Below are positions 1 to 10,826 of a DNA stretch of 64,000 nucleotides, piece by piece (the stretch's first letter is position 1; each line of letters opens with the position of its first letter). The notes beneath the pieces were generated by a model. It was not told the origin of the DNA and did not search any database. It was given only the letters and a program-made list of their open reading frames with translations. A program made the position numbers and the translations under genes. Origin of the DNA: a virus (taxonomy: Duplodnaviria; Caudoviricetes); IMG/VR virus record IMGVR_UViG_3300035498_000877, positions 1 to 64,000 of that record. One strand, 5' to 3'.

Positions 1-836
1 GCTGGTATAACTTCTGTTATTTCATTATCACATCTAATACATTTCTTTTTCTTAAGTCCTTCAACTTCACAAGATGCTGGTGTTACTATAGTCCAATCAT
101 CAGGATAACTATGCCCTAATTTTGAAATTATTTCATTTATAGTACTATCACATCTAGAACACTTTTTGATCTTAAGTCCTTCAGTTTCACATGTTGGTTC
201 TGTTTCGACAGTCCATTCATCAGGATAATTATGTCCTAATTTAGAAATAGTATCAGTGATCTGATCTTCACCGCATCTAGTACATATTTTTATTTTTATA
301 CCATCTTCTTCACAAGTAGCTTCTTTACTGATAGTCCACTCAGATGGATAAATATGACCTAAAGCCGGTATTGCTTCAGATATTTCATTATCACACCTTG
401 TGCATTTTTTAATTTGTAAGCCATCATCTAAGCATGTAGCTTCTTGAGTTGTTGTCCAATTTTCAGGATAATTGTGACCTAATGCTGATCCTGTTTTAAT
501 TCTTGTTGATACAGCATATCCACATCCATCACATATCTCATCCTCAGTACCATCTTCAGTACATGTTGCATCATTATTATATTGATATATTAGATCTTCA
601 TGTTTGCATGTTTGTGGATTTGTATATCTTGCTTTACCTTCATATCTAATGTATACTTGTCTCCTCCAATCTACAGTATCTTTAAATTTTTCAGTATCAT
701 CTTCATATACACCATATTGAGCAGAAAGTATTTTGATATAATTTGCATTTTTTATCGCCCATTGATGAACTGCTGCTTGTAGTTCATTAAATCCTGAATT
801 TGGTTCTTCTTTAAAAATCTCAACATTGATAGCCAT
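1..836 (-). CDS. Cys/His-rich tandem-repeat protein, partial (runs off window start)
   Basis: Absent from the ORF track. ATG at 836 with AAGGAGG RBS upstream; frame open to base 1. Reads MAINVEIFKEE... then about 40-aa repeats LGHxYPxxWTxxxxA/PTCxxxGxKxKxCxRC, resembling the ATCxxxG..CxxC..IPALGH repeats of clostridial surface proteins. Confidence 0.85.
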   Translation of the reverse strand, partial: MAINVEIFKEEPNSGFNELQAAVHQWAIKNANYIKILSAQYGVYEDDTEKFKDTVDWRRQVYIRYEGKARYTNPQTCKHEDLIYQYNNDATCTEDGTEDEICDGCGYAVSTRIKTGSALGHNYPENWTTTQEATCLDDGLQIKKCTRCDNEISEAIPALGHIYPSEWTISKEATCEEDGIKIKICTRCGEDQITDTISKLGHNYPDEWTVETEPTCETEGLKIKKCSRCDSTINEIISKLGHSYPDDWTIVTPASCEVEGLKKKKCIRCDNEITEVIP

Positions 837-946
837 TAATAGACCCTCCTTCAATTACAAATTATAATAAGTATTATTTATTGAACAGTCAACAATCATG
901 ATAAATATGACTCTGTAAAAATAATATAGAAAGAGGTGTTGAATAA

Positions 947-2293
947 ATGGATTCATTAAGTCAATATTATAATGATTTAAAATCACAAGAAATTAGTCCA
1001 AGTCAACCACTTGGTGGACCAGATCTAAATATGATAAAATTTCATAAACCAGACCATCATAGAATAATAGCTGATCCAAGTGTATTGAGATGGAAGAAAG
1101 CAACTGCTACATGTAGAGATCAATTAGTAGATGGATGTAGAAAACATTTTCTATTAGATCTTTATATAAATATACTTCCACTTGATAATGATTATAAAGA
1201 TGGACATATGGGACAGATGAAAGGTGATATTAATAATATGCTAGCTAAGAAAGGCATGACAGCAACCCAATATCTTACATCTGCATATAATAATACAAAA
1301 GCTCCAATGATTGAGTTTGTATTAAGATCAACTGATAATATCGGTAAGAAGTTTGTTGAAGACACTGATAAGGTCATGAAAGATGCACAGGAGAATGAAT
1401 TATCAGTTCCAGCTCCACAAGCTCCTTCAACTGATGATAAAGAAGTATCTAATCAGTTAGTTGATATTAAAGATGACCCTGAGGTAACATCATTCTATGA
1501 TGAATTAAAAGCAAAGACTGAGAAGAAACTTGTTGATGATATCAGTAAGATTATTAATAGTAAGAAGGAAGATAACTCAATGAAGTTTTCTCCTAACTCA
1601 GGTAGTGAAGTTACAGAATCAGCAGTTGCTATCGGCCTTAACTTCTTAAATGCTAAATGCATGAAGGAATCAGTAGAGGTAAATAATGAACTTCAGGAAG
1701 AAATGCTTGGAATGTCAATAAGAGAAGCTACTCTTCATGAGATTGATTTAGTATTTAATCAAAATGGATCTGATATCAAGTCATTTGAATCAGCAATAAG
1801 ATATAATAAGGGATCAGTTATCAATGAAGCAGCTTATAAAGAATTAATAGGGAATAACAATTTTTTTCATGAAAGCGGAACCATGAAAGATGATTCCGCT
1901 GAAATAATAAAATATGTAAAACCATTAAAAGATCAGAATTCAATCGATAATTTCGCAAAAGAAAATAAAATAAAATTCCCTAAGGAATTTATAGAATTCT
2001 TTAAGAAATATAATGGTGGAAGACCCGTGAATAATGAAATTACTTTGAAGAATAAATGTAAAAAAGTAGTTAATACATTTTTATCATTTAATACTTCTGA
2101 CAAGGAAAATATTTATAAAGCATACAAAAATATTTCTAATAAGAAATTAATTCCTTTTGCAAATGATTCAGCTGGTAATTTGTATTGTTTATCAAATGAT
2201 AAAGTAGTATTTTATTTTCATGAAGATGATTCAATTACTGAAGTTGAAAGTTCATTTAAGAAATTTATATCAAAGCTTGGAATCAAACTATAA
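947..2293 (+). CDS. Putative virion (head) protein with C-terminal SMI1/KNR4 (SUKH) domain
   Basis: C-terminal about 140 aa match the SMI1/KNR4 pattern (IKFPKEFIEFFKKYNGG, LIPFANDSAGNLYCL, VVFYFHE, SFKKFISKL), starting right after FFHE-S. Other hydrophobic-X-E sites: VTES, MKES, INEA. Confidence 0.7.
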   Translation: MDSLSQYYNDLKSQEISPSQPLGGPDLNMIKFHKPDHHRIIADPSVLRWKKATATCRDQLVDGCRKHFLLDLYINILPLDNDYKDGHMGQMKGDINNMLAKKGMTATQYLTSAYNNTKAPMIEFVLRSTDNIGKKFVEDTDKVMKDAQENELSVPAPQAPSTDDKEVSNQLVDIKDDPEVTSFYDELKAKTEKKLVDDISKIINSKKEDNSMKFSPNSGSEVTESAVAIGLNFLNAKCMKESVEVNNELQEEMLGMSIREATLHEIDLVFNQNGSDIKSFESAIRYNKGSVINEAAYKELIGNNNFFHESGTMKDDSAEIIKYVKPLKDQNSIDNFAKENKIKFPKEFIEFFKKYNGGRPVNNEITLKNKCKKVVNTFLSFNTSDKENIYKAYKNISNKKLIPFANDSAGNLYCLSNDKVVFYFHEDDSITEVESSFKKFISKLGIKL

Positions 2294-2298
2294 ATATT

Positions 2299-2328
2299 AA
2301 TAGGGAGGGATTAATCTCCCTCTCTATT
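2299..2328. terminator. Intrinsic terminator hairpin (AGAGGGA/TCCCTCT family)
   Basis: AATAGGGAGGGA-ttaatc-TCCCTCTCTATT just after a stop codon. Confidence 0.6.
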
Positions 2329-2357
2329 ATAAATTTTTATTTTGGAGGTGATTATAT

Positions 2358-4067
2358 ATGGGATTGGTAAAAGATAATACTAGTAGTATATTGAAGAGTG
2401 AACTCCAAATGCTTGAAGGAATTGTAATTCAAAATCCAGAAACTGGTGCAATGTCAGAAGAAGGATCTTATTTAGGCCAATATACTAATAGAACTTTTGG
2501 AGCACCATTCCAATTCATGGATAGTGTAGATAAAAAGTTTAGTGAAATAAATCCATATCTCGGAAATGAGTATTTGAGAAATTTTACTTTAAATAGCCCA
2601 ATACTTCACATTAGACCAGGAATGCCTAAATATACTGGAGGAACTTCTTCTAGTTCATTATCATCTATAATTAGAGATATTTATTTAACTAGTAATTCTG
2701 ATGGAATGAATATGGTACAATCATTAATCCAAGGATTAGCTCAAGGAACTGTATTTAGATCAGGTTCTAAATTACAAAGAAGAATGTTTAGCTTCAGAGA
2801 AACATATTATGATTATATGCAACATGTAAATTATATGTGTAGAAGTATGGCAACATTCTTAAATTTAACAGATACAAGTAGATTTCCTACAGGAACATTT
2901 ACATCTACTTCTGGTGATGATTATGGATGGCAAGAATTCTCTTCTATTAAATGGGAAAATTACAGAATGATGGCAAACTCAGTTGTTAAGACTCCCTGGC
3001 AATATTTGAAAGAATTATGTGAATCATCACCATTAGGTTCAGCTTGGTATGGATTACAAAATGGATTAGCTAGTACTTTATTAGTAGTAACAACAGATGT
3101 AGTTAATCTTACTGAAAGTATTGCAAGTGCTGGTATGAGTGGAGTTATTAAATCATTCCAGGATTCTTTCAGTGAATCGATGAGTGGTACTTTACAGAAT
3201 AAAATTACTGCTGTAGAATTTGTTGTTGAACCTGTTGCATTTGATGAATCATATACTAATGAGACTAAAGAATCAACAATTGCATCAACAATAAATTCAT
3301 TGAGAGATTCGGTAGGTAGTGAGATTGGATTCATTACAAATGCAGCTGCTGATGATAGTATAATTGCACAAGCTGCAGAATTCTTGGGCGGTGGACTTGA
3401 ATCAATTGCAACATCATTAGCAGATTTCGTACAACCAGCAACTGGTGGATTCGTATCTAATTTATTCAGTGGAGCATTGGCATCTATTAAAGGGCAAAAG
3501 ATGATATATCCAAAGATATATGATCAATCCAATAGTTCGATGAATTATCAGTTTACTGTCAATTTATCATCACCATATGGTGATATATACAACTATTATA
3601 TGAATATAGTAGTTCCATTAATGCATCTCATTGCATTAGTTTGTCCAAGACTTGTAACATCAAATAGTGTTGCTTCTCCATATTTGGTACAAGCTTATGT
3701 TCCAGGAATGTGTACATGTAATATGGGTATTATTCAACAGATGCAAATCACAAAAAATAAAGATTCAAATCATGTATCTGTTAATGGATACCCACTAGAT
3801 GTTAAGGTTACATTCACAATTGAAGAATTATATAACGCAATGTCAATATCACCTGGAAATGATCCGGCATCATTTTTGTTCAATGATACTTTAAATGATT
3901 ATCTAGCAAATGCTGCTGGTTTAATACCATCAATTGATACTTATACAAGACAACGTAAAGCAACATTTAAGGCACTAGGAGAATACTTTAGTTCTGGTGA
4001 ATATCTCAATGACTATGTTTCAGAAACTGTTGAAGAGCTGGAAGATAGAATAAATCCATTTAGATAA
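2358..4067 (+). CDS. Putative baseplate/tail-tube-initiator-like structural protein
   Basis: C-terminal YPKIY..YQFTVNLSSPYGD..SPYLVQAYVPG..GIIQQMQITK..GYPLDVKVTFTIEEL resembles tube-fold baseplate proteins (T4 gp48/gp54-like); family by pattern only. Confidence 0.45.
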   Translation: MGLVKDNTSSILKSELQMLEGIVIQNPETGAMSEEGSYLGQYTNRTFGAPFQFMDSVDKKFSEINPYLGNEYLRNFTLNSPILHIRPGMPKYTGGTSSSSLSSIIRDIYLTSNSDGMNMVQSLIQGLAQGTVFRSGSKLQRRMFSFRETYYDYMQHVNYMCRSMATFLNLTDTSRFPTGTFTSTSGDDYGWQEFSSIKWENYRMMANSVVKTPWQYLKELCESSPLGSAWYGLQNGLASTLLVVTTDVVNLTESIASAGMSGVIKSFQDSFSESMSGTLQNKITAVEFVVEPVAFDESYTNETKESTIASTINSLRDSVGSEIGFITNAAADDSIIAQAAEFLGGGLESIATSLADFVQPATGGFVSNLFSGALASIKGQKMIYPKIYDQSNSSMNYQFTVNLSSPYGDIYNYYMNIVVPLMHLIALVCPRLVTSNSVASPYLVQAYVPGMCTCNMGIIQQMQITKNKDSNHVSVNGYPLDVKVTFTIEELYNAMSISPGNDPASFLFNDTLNDYLANAAGLIPSIDTYTRQRKATFKALGEYFSSGEYLNDYVSETVEELEDRINPFR

Positions 4068-4072
4068 AAATA

Positions 4073-4098
4073 AAGAGAGGAGAATATTCTCCTCTCTT
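4073..4098. terminator. Bidirectional terminator hairpin
   Basis: AAGAGAGGAGAA-ta-TTCTCCTCTCTT inverted repeat between convergent genes. Confidence 0.75.
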
Positions 4099-4099
4099 A

Positions 4100-4570
4100 T
4101 TATCTTTTTAATTTATGTTCAGATGGATAATTGGGAGTATAACTATTTGGACGTAAAGTATTTCTAAAATAACATCTATCAATTTTCCATGCAATATTTG
4201 GAGTCTTTGTCAGATTAAATTCCAAACGTATATTATATTTTTCCAAATGTTTGACATCGAATTCATCATCAGATTTCATTAATATGTATCCAACTTCATC
4301 AGCTGCACTAAACTCAATTTTACGCATTTCATAGTCAAGATGTTCTATTTCCATTGCTTGCATGAATCTAGCAATTATATCAATATTATCATCTAATTTA
4401 TTTCTTAAAGTTTCATCATATACACTTAATACTACCAATATCATATCAGCTGTATATTGAGCGATTGAAGTTGACCAAATTATTCTACCATGCGTAATCC
4501 TTTCTAAGTAAGATTCAATAAACTCTCTAGTGTATTTATTATGTACTTTTGATTTTTTGTGTAAAAACAT
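4100..4570 (-). CDS. Hypothetical protein
   Basis: 156-aa ORF with AAAGGAAG RBS; ATATATTA motif upstream. Confidence 0.7.
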   Translation of the reverse strand: MFLHKKSKVHNKYTREFIESYLERITHGRIIWSTSIAQYTADMILVVLSVYDETLRNKLDDNIDIIARFMQAMEIEHLDYEMRKIEFSAADEVGYILMKSDDEFDVKHLEKYNIRLEFNLTKTPNIAWKIDRCYFRNTLRPNSYTPNYPSEHKLKR

Positions 4571-4664
4571 TTTTATTTACTTCCTTTCATTTTAATTATA
4601 ATAATAATATATAAATGAAGTGTGTATCAGAAACTCAGATTTAATAAATGAAAGGAGAATTGAA

Positions 4665-6479
4665 ATGAGTTTAAATAATAAAAATACATTAATAGAATTC
4701 GAAAAAGAAAGGTACTCAACTAATTATATACCACCAGAAGGATCTAACTCTTTTTATACAGTAGGAGATGGAGAAATTAATCTATATGTAATTAGAGAAA
4801 ATAGTGAAGATTATAGGTTTAATTTATTTACACATGAAGGTACTATACATACTGGGTCAGGCATATTCTATATATCAGGAGATATATCTGACACTAGTAA
4901 ACCTTATAATGATTTAACAGTTATAAATGAAACTGAATTATTTATTGATGATGTAATTAATATCAATAAAGGAAGTATGCATGTAAGCGGTACTGTCGAT
5001 ATTAAATCTAATGGAAAGATTATATTGAGAAATAATGCTGAAGTTATATTTTATTATGATTCAATATTTAATTTGTCTAAAGATGTTGATATTGACATAG
5101 AACCAGGTTCATCAATGACTATATATGGTCAAGTAAATATTGATATATCAGTAGTTGATAAATTATTATCAGATAAAAATATTATTCTCGATACAGCTGC
5201 GGTATTAAATGTATCAGGATTAGATCAATTAGGAAGTAGAATATTTTCTCTTACTGATTATTATACTGAGTTATCAAATAAGATAATCAATACAAACACT
5301 CAAGGTGAGAAGAATTATTCTAATGGACGATTGGTATACACATGGATAGCTGGTGAACCATTGAAGAAATCTCAACTTATCAATATGAAAGTATTATATG
5401 GAACTGCTATACTTGGAGATTTTAAACTTTCTGTATTAGGACTTACTGATACTACTATAGATAATTTGCAAATTATTTCAGACCTTTTTATTTCTGAAAA
5501 TACTACTTTATATATTACTGAAAATTATAATGATCAAAAATATATCCATCCTGAATTATATTTGGGAATTATTATTGACAATAATTCAAAACCTGCCGAT
5601 TGTATTATCAATGGAACAGTTATTGTAGATGGGGAGAATTCAAAAATAACATTAGATAGACATGCGACAATGCATATTGGAGAAACAGGTAAAATATATT
5701 TACAGAATGGAGCATATATTCAAAGTGCCTATAATGAAGGAACTGAAGTTCTATATCTAGAAGGAGAGTTAATTATAGAAGATATTGAACAGATATCTAC
5801 ATTCAGTTCTGAAAATATAGTCTTTGGAGAAAAAGGTAAGATAACTATTTTGAATCCTGATAGGGGAGAGAAACGAGTACTATTTTCAACTCCTAATGGG
5901 ATTCAGAATAGTGAACTTTATAGACTATTCAAAGGACGATTAGATCATATTGAATATCATATACAGAATAATACTGGAATTGAAATTGATCAGTATTATG
6001 AATTCTATAATAGACAAATGACTGATTGGTATGATGGTAAACGAATTGAGAAGGTAGTTTTCAATAAGCAAATTATATGGCATGATGGTGGATTTATAAA
6101 TCTTAGAAGTGATATAATTCCATGGGTTAATGAGAATTGTACTCTATTGAAAGCTTCTAGATTATTCAAATCATTTGAATCATATGATATTGATATATTG
6201 CCAGAAGTAGTAAATAGATTAAAGTATGCTGGATTTGGTAATATCCTATTTAGATTTATTAATGGTAGAAAGATTGGTGAAGTAATGATGCATCTAGAAG
6301 GAATACGAATGAATTCTATTATTAATAAACCACTTACCAATACATATCAAATGAAATTATCTAATGATGGAGATTTATTCCTGAGAAATAAAGTCTATAG
6401 AGCAGATGCCTCATGTATAATAGATTATGACTCTGAACATTATCAAGTCATTGATAAACAAGTAGAATTTGAATTATAA
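4665..6479 (+). CDS. Hypothetical beta-strand-rich (possibly beta-solenoid) virion protein
   Basis: ATG 4665 follows AAAGGAG; repetitive I/V/G/N strand pattern; no catalytic motif recognised. Confidence 0.6.
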   Translation: MSLNNKNTLIEFEKERYSTNYIPPEGSNSFYTVGDGEINLYVIRENSEDYRFNLFTHEGTIHTGSGIFYISGDISDTSKPYNDLTVINETELFIDDVININKGSMHVSGTVDIKSNGKIILRNNAEVIFYYDSIFNLSKDVDIDIEPGSSMTIYGQVNIDISVVDKLLSDKNIILDTAAVLNVSGLDQLGSRIFSLTDYYTELSNKIINTNTQGEKNYSNGRLVYTWIAGEPLKKSQLINMKVLYGTAILGDFKLSVLGLTDTTIDNLQIISDLFISENTTLYITENYNDQKYIHPELYLGIIIDNNSKPADCIINGTVIVDGENSKITLDRHATMHIGETGKIYLQNGAYIQSAYNEGTEVLYLEGELIIEDIEQISTFSSENIVFGEKGKITILNPDRGEKRVLFSTPNGIQNSELYRLFKGRLDHIEYHIQNNTGIEIDQYYEFYNRQMTDWYDGKRIEKVVFNKQIIWHDGGFINLRSDIIPWVNENCTLLKASRLFKSFESYDIDILPEVVNRLKYAGFGNILFRFINGRKIGEVMMHLEGIRMNSIINKPLTNTYQMKLSNDGDLFLRNKVYRADASCIIDYDSEHYQVIDKQVEFEL

Positions 6480-6483
6480 AAAT

Positions 6484-6513
6484 ATAGAAGAGGGATATAA
6501 ATCCCTCTTCTAT
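6484..6513. terminator. Bidirectional terminator hairpin
   Basis: ATAGAAGAGGGAT-ataa-ATCCCTCTTCTAT between convergent genes. Confidence 0.8.
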
Positions 6514-6828
6514 TTATACTTCTTTTAATTCACTTTTTGCATAATTATATAAAGTATTTACATAGCTATCATTGCTACAAATTATATTAAGTACAGTATT
6601 CAATTGTGGTTTATTGATGATTTTATATTTATTCTGACTATCATAAAATACCAATATTGCATAGTTTTTATTTGCAGCAACGTGTTCTATTTGAATATCA
6701 TCACCATGCATCACTGTAGAATTTGTTGCATTCTGATATATTTCAAATTTACTAAACTTTTGAGGATATGCTGATCTATATTTGTTTATTGTTTTGATAT
6801 AGTCTAGTTGGGTTATCTTATTATCCAT
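6514..6828 (-). CDS. Hypothetical protein
   Basis: 104-aa ORF in a tightly packed minus-strand operon; GAGGAGG RBS. Confidence 0.7.
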   Translation of the reverse strand: MDNKITQLDYIKTINKYRSAYPQKFSKFEIYQNATNSTVMHGDDIQIEHVAANKNYAILVFYDSQNKYKIINKPQLNTVLNIICSNDSYVNTLYNYAKSELKEV

Positions 6829-6832
6829 AATA

Positions 6833-7075
6833 CTATTCCTCCTCTTCTTTATCTGGTATCCATTCTATATATGGATATGATTTTGGTAATAATAGTGATT
6901 TACCACATTTTGTGCATTTATGTTTTATCATAAACTTATTTCTATCTGTCGGTACATATACTCTTTCTTCATCTGTATCTACAACCATTTCTCCCTCACC
7001 GCAATAATCACAAATGTATTTAACCCCTACTGGATGAACATTAAATGATCTTTCATGTTCATTTAATTTTACCAT
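6833..7075 (-). CDS. Small zinc-ribbon protein
   Basis: CDYC...HKCTKC...YP pattern; GAGGTG RBS. Confidence 0.7.
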   Translation of the reverse strand: MVKLNEHERSFNVHPVGVKYICDYCGEGEMVVDTDEERVYVPTDRNKFMIKHKCTKCGKSLLLPKSYPYIEWIPDKEEEE

Positions 7076-7090
7076 AATATTTTACACCTC

Positions 7091-7780
7091 TTATCCTAAA
7101 ATTATCGGAAGAACTATTTTCTTTATAGACTCAAATACCTCTTCACTTGATTTATTACCATCTACTTTATACATATTAAATTTTTTGTTTGCAAGCATTT
7201 CATATGCTTTATCATATCCCTCTTTAGCAAAACTAAGGTATTCAGATTTTTCTAATGCATCTTCATTACCTAATTTTTTAACCCTGTCAATAATAGTATC
7301 TGTATCAATATCAATATATATTATAGCATCGGGATTTTTCAAATTAATAAATTCCAAATTTTTATCATATGCATAATACAACATAGATTCAGCTTTATAA
7401 CCATACTCTAGAAATTTAGAATATGATATTGCCATTGATGACATAAAACATCTGGATTGAATTATATTCATTCCTTCATTTAAATTACGAAGTATTCCCC
7501 TGTCATCACCAGCTGTTAACTGTTCATATCTATCAGCAGCAAATAAAGCTACCATTATCGCATTATTGTATTCTTTCTGTTTTAAGTAGTGATTTTCTAT
7601 CAATTTACCAATTGGATATGGAGATGGTTCTCTGGTACTCATAAATGGTATTCCCATCTTATATAACTCCTCAAACAATAATTTCATGTTAGATGTTTTA
7701 CCACATCCATTAGGTCCTTCTAATATAATATACTTGCCTTGTTTTGATTTAATAGAATTATCTTCCTTCATCAGATTCAT
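7091..7780 (-). CDS. tmk: Thymidylate kinase
   Basis: YIILEGPNGCGKT P-loop, TREPS, LFAADR, PDAIIYID motifs. Confidence 0.92.
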   Translation of the reverse strand: MNLMKEDNSIKSKQGKYIILEGPNGCGKTSNMKLLFEELYKMGIPFMSTREPSPYPIGKLIENHYLKQKEYNNAIMVALFAADRYEQLTAGDDRGILRNLNEGMNIIQSRCFMSSMAISYSKFLEYGYKAESMLYYAYDKNLEFINLKNPDAIIYIDIDTDTIIDRVKKLGNEDALEKSEYLSFAKEGYDKAYEMLANKKFNMYKVDGNKSSEEVFESIKKIVLPIILG

Positions 7781-8423
7781 TCCTTTCTTCTTTTATTAGC
7801 TCAAACTCAATATTAGTTATTTTATCATTTCGTACTTTACAGATTATTCCAATTTTTGATAATTTAGAAGCTATGTATTCAATATCTTTGTGTTTTACTT
7901 TCATAAATGTGAATTCTCTATTATTAAAATATACACATTTGACAAGATCACATATAGTAGTTCCAAGGCACCCATTCTGTTTAAAGCTATTATATACAGC
8001 TTTAATTAGCTCTTCATCTTTAAGTTTTAATTCTGCTATATCTTTGGATAAATAAGATGGATTGAATTTTATTATTTTATATTTTGATAGTTTATCATAT
8101 AGAAAAGCAATAAAATCAGATTTAGTTTTATGATAGTAAATTATATCATACCCTTCATCATTAGCAGTTACGTTAATATATGCTGCATCAGTTATTACTA
8201 TTTTTTCAGGATTTCCGGTAAGAATCAAATGATCTCTTTCCGAATCTTCGAAATAAGCATATTCATTAGGTTTTGTTTGAGCTACATATATAATAGATTT
8301 ACAAAATCCAGATCTGTTATGTATATAGATTCTTAAGTATGGCATAGTTCCAACCATAATTAAATCAGACCTATATGAATAAGGTGCAACAATGTTAACA
8401 ATTTCACCAATAGTAATATTCAT
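7758..8423 (-). CDS. Hypothetical protein
   Basis: 221-aa ORF with AGGAGG RBS, overlapping the tmk start. Confidence 0.7.
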   Translation of the reverse strand: MNITIGEIVNIVAPYSYRSDLIMVGTMPYLRIYIHNRSGFCKSIIYVAQTKPNEYAYFEDSERDHLILTGNPEKIVITDAAYINVTANDEGYDIIYYHKTKSDFIAFLYDKLSKYKIIKFNPSYLSKDIAELKLKDEELIKAVYNSFKQNGCLGTTICDLVKCVYFNNREFTFMKVKHKDIEYIASKLSKIGIICKVRNDKITNIEFELIKEERNESDEGR

Positions 8424-8543
8424 GCTAATCCCTCCTATATATTTTTATTTATAGTATTTTAGTGTTTGATTTTATTTAAATTATTAATATTTACCCAGAT
8501 ATAATGTTTAATTAAAAATATTATAATGAAAGGTGGTATATAA

Positions 8544-10814
8544 ATGAGTGTAAGTATTCTTCCTAGTGGCGAAGAATTAAAAGTGACACCAGATGAAATG
8601 TTACGTTATTTAAACCCAGATGGTGTACGACAATTATTACGCCAAGAACGTCTAAGATGGAATCTTAAACCAAATAAAGATGCTGATTATTTTGATAATA
8701 CAACATTATTCAAATATAGTGGAGAACTACATAATGAAGCGCTATATCAGAGAATGGAAATTAGAACATTCCCAGATAACAATGCTTACCCAGGATATGC
8801 TGGAATAAATGTTGATAGTGGTATGTTCGGACTCACCCACGATGTTGATAAATGGGATAAAGCATTATCAGAAGAATCAATTAATCATATTGTCAATAGA
8901 ACAACTATTGGTGCTATGGCAACAATACCTGAAAAATCAGGATATGGATTAGAAGATGATGAAACAATGTCTACAAAATCAGATAATAGAATGGCTGGTA
9001 TAGTATTTGATCCATATGATGGTAGAGCTTATTATTTATCTAATGATGATCCAAATTATGTTAATAATGAGACTAGACAAAATAGTATTAAGATACCTGA
9101 TAGAACTATTGCAAGAATTGGAGATATTCCTACTAGGGTAACTCAGTTAATTAATGACTATGATTTTGTTGCTGATCCAGATTATCGTCATACGGATAAT
9201 AACTTTACTAATTCTAATAGATATATACTTGATAATATGGATGATCGTACTTTTGTATATCCAGAAGTAGCAAAAATGAAAGATGGTACATATATCGAAA
9301 ATCTAAGAATGGGATTAGCAGGTGATTATTCATATAATGAATCAGACAATCCCAATTTTGTGGGTAATACACAAACTGATGATTATGGGGATAGAGTAGG
9401 AGCTGCATCATCTTCATATGGCCAGAATTCTGATTTCAGTGGATTACATCCAGCTAATGGATATCTCCCAGGTATATTCAAATCATATGAAGAATTATGT
9501 AAGGTTGATCTTGTTGGACAGAAGATGACCTCATTAAATAATGAAGGAGCAGTAGGTGCAAAGAGAACTACGAACTATTACATCTTTGATGGTAAATGGT
9601 CTCCTAATTGGTTTGATAGATATCAGTACAATGATTCATATTTAGCACAATCGCTTATTCCGAATAATATGGAAATAGTAATTGATGGATATGAACCTAC
9701 TCCATATTCTAAATTATCTCAAACCAATGAAACTCCTTTTAAGAGAGGAGATTTATATCAGTGGAGATATAATAGAGTGACATTGAAATATTATTCCAAA
9801 GATATAGTAATCAATATAGAAGAATCAGGCCAACAATATCAAGTTGGTGATAAATTGAGATGGTCTTTTGGAGATGATGTATTCATCTATGTGGTAAAAA
9901 CAGTTGGTCCTGATGGCCAAATTCAGAAGGGTGAATACTATTCAGAGAAAGAAAGAATATTTGAACAAGATCCATCATCTCATGGAGTTGGATTAACATT
10001 CTCTAATATGAGCAGTGTTGGTCATGATGCTAAGTTATCAATATCATGCAAAGCTACTATTGAATGTAATGCTACTCAGTTAAAGAATAATCTATATGCT
10101 TATGTTGATATAACTCCTACAGTTAGAAGTGATAATACAACATTATGGTCAGATAAAGATGAAGTTGATGATCAAAATGGAAAGATCTTTATTAGATCTA
10201 CTGCAGCTGGTCCAGCATATAGTGGAATTAACTCAGGAAGAGGAGGTCCAGCATCTTCTTCTGCAAATACAACCACATACTATGAGCATGGTGGAAATGC
10301 AACAGCTGGTGTTCATGTTCATTTATTCCGATATGTAATTAATACCATAGAACCCACCTGGACCATAGAAAATGATGTTCAAGTATTCACAGGTAAATGG
10401 GTTGATCAAGGACCTTTAGGATTGGAAAGACCATGTGATATTAAAGCATTATTATTTTCTAATCAGGATACAAATAACTTCAATAACTATTATAAATTTA
10501 TGCTTGATGCAATGTTTGATACTGTTAATAGGTCTCCTGATGGAGTTGTTACTAATAATAAGAATGCTGTATCTCAGGCATACATTCATATTGATCAAGT
10601 TGATCCAGAATCAGATCAAAAATTTACAGAGTCAAGATTTGATCCTGATACGTCAGAGTATTCAGAATATGATATAACAAATAGAGTATTATACATTAAT
10701 GCTGCTACTGGTATTATGTTTGTATACAACGATGGATATAAGAATGATCCAACATTTGGTTATGGATTGAGACCACCTGGATGGACTGTTGTAGCTGGTG
10801 CTACTACTAGGTAA
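8544..10814 (+). CDS. Putative virion structural (tail/baseplate-associated) protein
   Basis: 756 aa, G/N/D/T-rich; HTDNNFT motif seen in phage fibre proteins; RBS AAAGGTGG. Function inferred. Confidence 0.5.
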   Translation: MSVSILPSGEELKVTPDEMLRYLNPDGVRQLLRQERLRWNLKPNKDADYFDNTTLFKYSGELHNEALYQRMEIRTFPDNNAYPGYAGINVDSGMFGLTHDVDKWDKALSEESINHIVNRTTIGAMATIPEKSGYGLEDDETMSTKSDNRMAGIVFDPYDGRAYYLSNDDPNYVNNETRQNSIKIPDRTIARIGDIPTRVTQLINDYDFVADPDYRHTDNNFTNSNRYILDNMDDRTFVYPEVAKMKDGTYIENLRMGLAGDYSYNESDNPNFVGNTQTDDYGDRVGAASSSYGQNSDFSGLHPANGYLPGIFKSYEELCKVDLVGQKMTSLNNEGAVGAKRTTNYYIFDGKWSPNWFDRYQYNDSYLAQSLIPNNMEIVIDGYEPTPYSKLSQTNETPFKRGDLYQWRYNRVTLKYYSKDIVINIEESGQQYQVGDKLRWSFGDDVFIYVVKTVGPDGQIQKGEYYSEKERIFEQDPSSHGVGLTFSNMSSVGHDAKLSISCKATIECNATQLKNNLYAYVDITPTVRSDNTTLWSDKDEVDDQNGKIFIRSTAAGPAYSGINSGRGGPASSSANTTTYYEHGGNATAGVHVHLFRYVINTIEPTWTIENDVQVFTGKWVDQGPLGLERPCDIKALLFSNQDTNNFNNYYKFMLDAMFDTVNRSPDGVVTNNKNAVSQAYIHIDQVDPESDQKFTESRFDPDTSEYSEYDITNRVLYINAATGIMFVYNDGYKNDPTFGYGLRPPGWTVVAGATTR

Positions 10815-10826
10815 AATAAAATGATT

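Noticed and set aside
1-600. CRISPR-like periodic repeats
   Set aside because: Period is 117-120 bp, degenerate at codon third positions and in frame; these are protein repeats.
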